NCBI RefSeq assembly: GCF_004010195.1
Contig: NW_025213831.1
Location: 1-36,310, forward strand
Origin: Chiloscyllium plagiosum
Lineage: Eukaryota
DNA length: 36,310 nucleotides
Direction of reading: 5' to 3'
Positions 28,701-36,310 of this stretch are shown one piece after another. The notes under the pieces were generated by a model. The model was not told where the DNA came from, searched no databases, and saw only the letters and a list, made by a program, of their open reading frames with translations. How positions within the stretch are numbered: position 1 is the stretch's first letter; every line of letters begins with the position of its first letter. The translations under genes were made by a program, and so were the position numbers.

Positions 28701-30131
28701 ACATTTTCTGACACTCTCTGAGACACACTATAACACTCTCTGACAGACTGTGACACAATGTGACATTCTCTGACTCTCTCTGACACATTATGAGGCACAC
28801 TGTGACATTCTCTGACAGACTGTGAGCCTCTGTGACTCTCTCTGACACTCTCTGAGACACAGCATGACTCACTGTGACACTCTCTGACTCTCTCTGATAC
28901 ACTCTGAAATACATTGTAATCTTCTCTTACAGACTGTGACGCACTTTGACACTCTCTGAGACACACTGTGACACTTTCTGAATGTCTCTGAGACACAGCA
29001 TGACTCACTGTGACTCTCTCTGACCCTCTCTGACACTCTCTGTGACACACAGTGACACTCTCTGACATGTTCTGTGACACAATATGACAGGCTCTGACAC
29101 AGTGACACTCTCTGACTCTCTGACACTGTCTGAGACACACTGCGACACTGTCTGAGACACACTGTGAATATATCTGACACTCTCTGACCCTCTCTGACAA
29201 TCTCTGTGACACACTGTGACACTCTCTGACTCTCGCTGAAACACACGGTGACACTATCTAACCGACTGCGACCCTTCATGACACACGGTGACATTCTCCG
29301 AGACCCTGTGACACTCTCTGGGACACACTGTAACACTCCCTGACACTCTCTGAGACACACTATAACACTCTCTGACAGACTGTGACACAATGTAACATTC
29401 TCTGACTCTCTCTGACATTCTCCTAGACACACTGTGACACTCTCTGACTCTCTCAGTGACACACAGTGACACTCTCTGACACGTTCTGTGACACAATATG
29501 ACAGGTTCTGCCACAGTGACACTCTCTGACTCTCTCTGAGACACACTGTGACACACTGTGACCCTCTCTGACTCTCGCTGAAACACCCGGTGACACACTC
29601 TGACCGACTGCGACCCTCCATGACACACGATGACATTCCCTGAGACCCTGTGACACAATCTGGGACACAATGTAACACTCTCTGACACTCTCTTAGGCAC
29701 ACTATAACACTCTCTGACAGACTGTGACACAATGTGACATTCTCTGACACTCTCTGACACTCTCTTAGAAACACTTTGTCAATCTCTGACTGTTTCTGAT
29801 ACATTCTGAGGCACACTGTGACATTGTCTGACAGACTGTGACCCTCTGTGACTCTCTCTGGCACTCTTTGAGACACAGCATGACTCACTGTGACACTCTC
29901 TGACTCTCTCTGATACACTCTGAAATACACTGTAATCTTCTCTTACAGACTGTGACGCACTTTGACACTCTCTGAGACACACTGTGACACTTTCTGAATC
30001 TCTCTGAGACACAGCATGACTCACTGTGACACTCTCTGACCCTCTCTGATACTCTCTGTGACACACAGTGACACTCTCTAACTCTCACGGAAACACACGG
30101 TGACAGTCTCTGTCACACTGTGACTCTCTCT

Positions 30132-33100
30132 GACCGACTGGGAGACTCCCTGACGCACGGTAACGTTCTCTGAGACACTGTGACACTCACTGACACTCTC
30201 TGAGACACACTTTAACACTTTCTGACACTCTCTGAGACACACTATAACACTCTGACAGACTGTGACACAATGTGACATTCTCTGACTCTCTCTGACACTC
30301 TCTTAGACACTCTGTGACACTCTCTGACTCTGACATATTCTGACGCACACTGTGACATTCTCTGACAGACTGTGGCCCACTGTGACTCTTTCTGTGTCTC
30401 ACTGACACTCTCTGAGACACAGCATGACTCACTGTGACAATCTCTGACTCTCCCTGATACACTCTGAAATACACTGTAACCTTCTCTTACAAACTGTGAC
30501 ACACTGTGACACTCTCGGAGACACACTGTGACACTTTCTGACTCTCTCTGGTACACTCTGTGACACTCTCTGACGCACTCTGAAACAGACTGTGACACTC
30601 TCTGAAAGACTGTGCCACTCTGACACATCTCTGTGACACACTGTGACACTCTCTGACACACTGTGACACTCTCTGACTCTCTTGGACATTCTCTGAGACA
30701 CACTGTGACACTCTCTGACAGATTGTGACACACTGTGACATTCTCTGATTCTCTATGGCACTCTCTGAGACACACTGTAATACTCGCTGACTTACTGTGA
30801 CACACTGTGAGACTCTCTAACTTACTCTGAGAAACACTGTGACTCACGCCGACACACTGTGACATAATCTGACTATCTCTGAAACTCTCTGAGACAGACT
30901 GTGTCACTCTCTGACTCTCTCTGCCAGTCTCTGTAGCACTCTGTAAAACTCTTTCCTCTTCCTCCCACTCTCTGAGACACACTGTAACACTCCCTGACAG
31001 ACTGTGACCCTCAGACAGACTCTAACCACTTCTGACACTCTCTGAGACACACTGTGACACTCTGACATTCTCTGAGCCACAGTACGATACACTGTGACGC
31101 TCTCTGACTCGATCTGACACTCTCTGAAACACACGGTAACAATTTCTGACAGAATGTGACACACTATGACATCCTCTGACAGACTGTGACACACTCTCTT
31201 ACTTTCTCTGAGGCACTCTCTGAGGCATACTGTGACACTCTCTGACAGACTCTGACAAACTGTGGCACTCTGACTTTCACTAACACTGTCTTAAACACAT
31301 TGTGACAGTCTCTGACTATTTCTGTCACTCTCTGTGACACAATGTAACACTCTCTGACAGACTGTGACCCTCCCTGAGAAAAGCGCTGACCCTCTCAGAC
31401 ACTCTCTCAGACACACAGTGACACTTTCTGAATCTCTGTGGGACACAGCATGTCTCACTGTGACACTCTCTGACTCTCTCTGACAATCTAAAACACAATA
31501 TGACACCCTCTGACAGGCTTTGACACATGTTGAGACTCTCTCACTAACTGTGACCCTCTCTGAGACAAACGATGACCCTCTCTTACAAACTCTGAGACAT
31601 AATCTGATTCACTGTGATCCTGTCTGACTCTCTCTGATGAACTCTGAAATAAACGGTAACTTTCTCTTGCAGACTGTGACACACTGTGACACTCTCGGAG
31701 ATGCACTGTGACACTTCATGACTCTCTCTGACTATATACACTGTGACACTCTCTGAGAGACACTGTGACACTCTCTGACAGACTGTGATATTCTCTGACT
31801 TTCTCTGAGACTTTCTGAGGCACTCTGTGACACTCTCTCACATTCTATGGCACTCTCTGAGACAGACTGTGACACGTTTGACTCTCTCTGACTCTCTGTG
31901 ACACACTTTGACACTCTCTGAGACACACTGTGACACCCTCTGATTCTCTCTGAACCTCTCTGAGCCACACTATGACACTCTCTGAGACAGACTGTGACAC
32001 TCTCTGACTCTCTCTGACATTCTTGAGGCACAGTACGATACACTGTGACGCTCACTGACTCGATCTGACACTCTCTGAAACACACGATGACAATTTCTGA
32101 CAAATTGTGACACATTATGACACGCTCTGACAGACTGTAACACACTGTGACACTTTCTGACTTTCTCTGAGGCACACTGTGACACTCTCTGACCGACTGT
32201 GAGACTCCCTGACGCACAGTACCGTTCTCTGAGACACTGTGACACTCTCTGACACTCTCTGAGACAAACTGTAACGCTATCTGACACTCTCTGAGACACA
32301 CTATAACACTCTCTGACAGACTGTGACTCAATGTGACATTCCCTGACTTTCTCTGGCACTCTCATAGACACTTTGTGACACTCTCTGACTCTCTCTCTGA
32401 CACATTCTGAGGCATACTGTGACATTCTCTGACAGATTGTGACCCACTGTGACTCTTTCTGAGTCTCACTGACACTCTCTGAGACACAGCAGGACTCACT
32501 GTGACACTCTCTGACTCTCTCTGATACACTCTGAAATACACTGTAACCTTCTCTTACAAACTGTGACACACTGTGACACTCTCGGAGACACACTGTGACA
32601 CTTTCTGACTCACTCTGGTACACTCTGAGACACACTGTGACACTCTCTGCCCGTCTCTGAGACACACTGTGACACTCTCTGACGCTCTCTGACACACACC
32701 GTGACACTTTCTGAAAGACTATGACACTCTCTGACACATCTCTGTGACACACTGTGACACTCTCTGACACACTGTTACACTTTCTGACTCTCTCGGACAT
32801 TCTCTGAGACACACTGTGACTCTCTCTGACAGATTGTGACACACTGTGACATTCTCTGATTCTCTATGGCACTCTGTGAGACACACTGTAATACTCTCTG
32901 ACTTACTGTGACACACTGTGAAATTCTCTGACTTACTCTGAGACACACTGCGACTCACGGCGACACACTGTGACATACTCTGACTATCTCTGAAACTCTT
33001 TGAGACAGACTGTGTCACTCTCTGACTCTCTGTGACAGTCTCTTAAGCACTCTGTAAAACACTTTCCCTCTTCCTGTCTCTCTGAGACACACTGTAACAC

Positions 33101-33790
33101 TCTCTGACAGACTGTGACCCTCAGACACACTCTGACCACCTCTGACACTCTCTGAGACAGATTGTGACACTCTCTGACACAGACTGTGACACTGTCTGAC
33201 ATTATCTGAGCCACAGTACGATACACTGTGACGCTCTCTGACTCGATCTGACACTCTCTGAAACACACGGTAACAGTTTCTGACAGAATGTGACACACTG
33301 ACCCTCTCAGACACTCTCAGACACACTGTGACACTTTCTGAATCTCTGTGAGACACAGCATGTCTCATTGTGACATTCTCTGACTCTCTCTGACAATCTA
33401 AAACACAATACGACACACTCTGACAGGCTTTGACACACGTTGAGACTCTCTCACTAACTGTGACCCTCTCTGAGACAAGCGCTGACCCTCTCTTACAAAC
33501 TCTGAGACATAATCTGATTCACTGTGACCCTGTCTGACTCTTTCTGATGAACTCTGAAATAAACTGTAACCTTCTCTTGCAGACTGTGACACACTGTGAC
33601 ACTCTCTGAGACACACTGTGACACTCTCTGACAGACTGTGATATTCCCTGACTTTCTCTGAGACTCTCTGAGGCACTCTGGGACACTCTCTCACAGACTG
33701 TGACACTCTCTGAGACAGACTGTGACACTTTTGACTCTCTCTGACTCTCTGAGACACACTTTGACACTCTCCAAGACACACTGTGACACT
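30132..33790 (+). repeat. Higher-order tandem duplication, unit about 2.06 kb
   Basis: Colinear diagnostic motifs: GAGACTCCCTGACGCAC (~30142, ~32201), CTTACTGTGA (30791, 32902), GCACTCTGTAAAAC (~30936, ~33047), TGACAATCTAAAACACAATA (31481, 33391). Confidence 0.85.
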
Positions 33791-36310
33791 CTCTGACAGA
33801 CTGTGACATAGTGTGACACACTCTGACCCCCTCTGAGACAGACTGTGACACTGTCTGACGCTCCCTGACAATCTCTGAGACACTCTGTGGCATTCTCTGA
33901 CTCTCTGAGACACACTGTAACTCACATGAAACTCTGAGACACACTGCGACTCCCTCTGACACTCTCTGAAACACACAATAACAATTTCTGACAAATTGAG
34001 ACACACCATGACACGCTCTGACAGACTGTAACACGCTGTGACACTCTCTTACTTTCTCTGAGGCACACTGTGACAATGACTGACAGAGACTGACAAACTG
34101 TGTCACTCTCTGACTTTCTCTGCCACTCTCTTAGACACATTGTGACACTCTCTGACTCTTTCTGTCACTCTCTGAGACACACAGTAATACACTCTGACAG
34201 ACTGTGAAGCTCTCTGACAGACTGTGACCCTCTCTGAGCAAACGCTGACCCTCTCAGACACGCTCTGAGACACAGCATGACTCACTGTGACACTCTCTGA
34301 CACTCTCTGATACGCTCTGAAATACACTGTTACCTTCTCTTACAGTCTGTGACATACTGTGACACTCTCTGAGACAGACTGTGACACTCTCTGACTCTCT
34401 CTGACACTCTCTGACACACGATGTAACACTCTCTGAGACACACTGTGACACTCTCTGACATTCTCTGACACTCACTGAGGCACACTGTGACACTCTCTGA
34501 CAGACTCTAACACACTGTGACACTCTCTGACTTTCTCTGAGACACACTGTGACACTTTCTGACAGACTCTGACAAACTGTGACACGCTCTGACTTTTTCT
34601 GACACTCGCTTAGACACATTGTGACACTCTCTGACTCTTTCTGTCACTCTCTGAGACACACTGTAACACTCTCTGACAGACTGTGACCCTCTCTGACAGA
34701 CTGTGACCCTCTCTGAGCAAACGCTGACCCTCTCAGACACGCTCTGAGACACAGCATGACTCACTGTGATACTCTCTGACTCTCTCTGATACGCTCTGAA
34801 ATACACTGTATCCTTCTTTTACAGACTATGACACACTGTGACACGCAATGAGACACACTGTGACACTCTCTGACCCTCTCTGACACTCTCTGAGACACGA
34901 TGTAACACTCTCTGACTTTCTCTGAGGCACACTGTACAACTCTCTGAAAGACTGTGACACACTGTGACACACTCTGAACCCCTCTGAGACAGACTGTGAC
35001 ACTGTCCGACGCTCCCTGACAATCTCTAAGACACACTGTGACATTCTCTGACTCTCTGAGACACAGTGTAACTCATCCTGAAACTCTGAGACACACTGTG
35101 ACACTCTGACACTCTGTGATATTCTGAGACACACTGTGACTCTCTGACACTCACTGATACACACTGTGACACTCTGACAGATTGTGACACTCTCTGACAC
35201 TCTCTGTGACACACTATGACACTCTCTGACACACTGTGACACCCTCTGACTTGCTCGGACATTCTTTGAGTCACACTGTGACACTCTCTGAGACACACTC
35301 TGACTCTATCTGACACTCTGACATTCTCTGATACACACTGTGACTCTCTCTGACAATTTAAAACACAGTACGACACTCTCTGACAGACTTTGACACATGT
35401 TGACAGTCTCTTACTAACTGTGACCCTCTCTGAGACAAACGCTAACCCTCTCTTACAAACTCTGAGACATAGTCTGATTCACTGTGACCCTGTCTGACAC
35501 TCTCTGATGAACTCTGAAATAAAATGTAACCTTGCAGACTGTGACACACTGTGACACTCTCGGAGACACACTGTGACACTTTCTGACTCTCTCTTACTGT
35601 CTGAGACACACTGTGACATTCTCTGATCCACTCTGATACTCTCTGCGACACACTGTAACACTCTCTGACTCTCTTTGACACTCTCTGAGACACAGCATGA
35701 CTCGCTGTGACACTCGCTGACTCTTTCTGATATAGTCTGAAATACACTGTAACCTTCTCTTACAGACTGTAACGCAGTTTGACACTCTCGGGGACACATT
35801 GTGAGACTTTCTGACTCACTCTGACACTCTGAGACACACTGTGACATTCTGTGACACACTGTGATACTCTCTGAGACACACTGTGACTCTATTTGACACT
35901 CTCTGACATTCTCTGAGACACACTGTGACACACTGCGACACACTGTGACATACTCTGCGACACAGTGACACTCTCGCAGACACACTATGGTCTCTCTGAC
36001 CCTCTCTGACAATCTCTGAGACAGACTGTGACTCTCTCTGACAGTCTCTGAAGCACTCTGGGACACTCTTTCCCTCTTTCTCTCACTCACTGAGACACAC
36101 TGTAACACTCTCTGACAGACTGTGACCTTCAGAAAAACTCTGACCACCTCTGACAATCTCTAAGACAGACTGTGACACTCTCTGACTCTCTCTGACATGC
36201 TCTGAGGCACAGTACGATACACTGTGACGCTCTCTGACTCGATCTGACACTCTCTGAAACACATGGTAACAATTTCAGACAGACTGTGACATACTGTGGC
36301 GCTATCTGAC

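Larger units (their letters stand above)
17677..36310 (+). repeat. Complex low-complexity satellite, right arm; continues past the window end
   Basis: Same words and orientation as the left arm. It adds modules CACAGCATGACTCACTG (from ~23642) and CACAGTACGATACACTG (from ~31078). Confidence 0.97.

Noticed and set aside
144..36156. Cys/Ser/Val-rich minus-strand ORFs as real genes (keratin-associated, zinc-finger or metallothionein-like)
   Set aside because: They overlap in all three frames with the same vocabulary, the repeat words are mostly not multiples of 3, no domain is recognisable, and the stop depletion is explained by composition.
173..36310. CRISPR array or other repeat-spacer system
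   Set aside because: There are no constant repeats separated by unique spacers; the intervening sequence is the same satellite. No cas genes are present and the context is vertebrate.
173..36310. Large inversion or hairpin within the array
   Set aside because: I saw no switch to the reverse-complement words (GAGAGTGTCA); only short odd palindromes such as TGTGACA and CACTGTG occur.

Overview
This window is non-coding eukaryotic repetitive DNA, most likely from a cartilaginous fish (inferred from the SINE). No real protein-coding gene, RNA gene or CRISPR array is supported. It has three parts. (1) Positions 1-175 are the end of a G-rich 35-bp minisatellite. (2) About 36 kb is one C-rich complex satellite in a single orientation. 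It is written almost entirely in the dinucleotides TG, AC, TC and AG, so A/T and C/G bases alternate. These form 8-12 bp words (TGACACTCTC, TGAGACACAC, TGTGACACTCTC, TGACAGAC), which build reusable modules, local tandem duplications (40, 60, 172, 218, ~470-480 bp) and ~2 kb higher-order units, with motif turnover from left to right. (3) One tRNA-derived V-SINE (HE1-like) sits at 17381-17676; its B box is missing and empty-site paralogs occur elsewhere in the array. The many minus-strand V/S/E/C/Q/R-rich ORFs are an artefact of the satellite's composition. I found no convincing new gene system; the interest lies in the repeat architecture. All coordinates and comparisons were made by eye.
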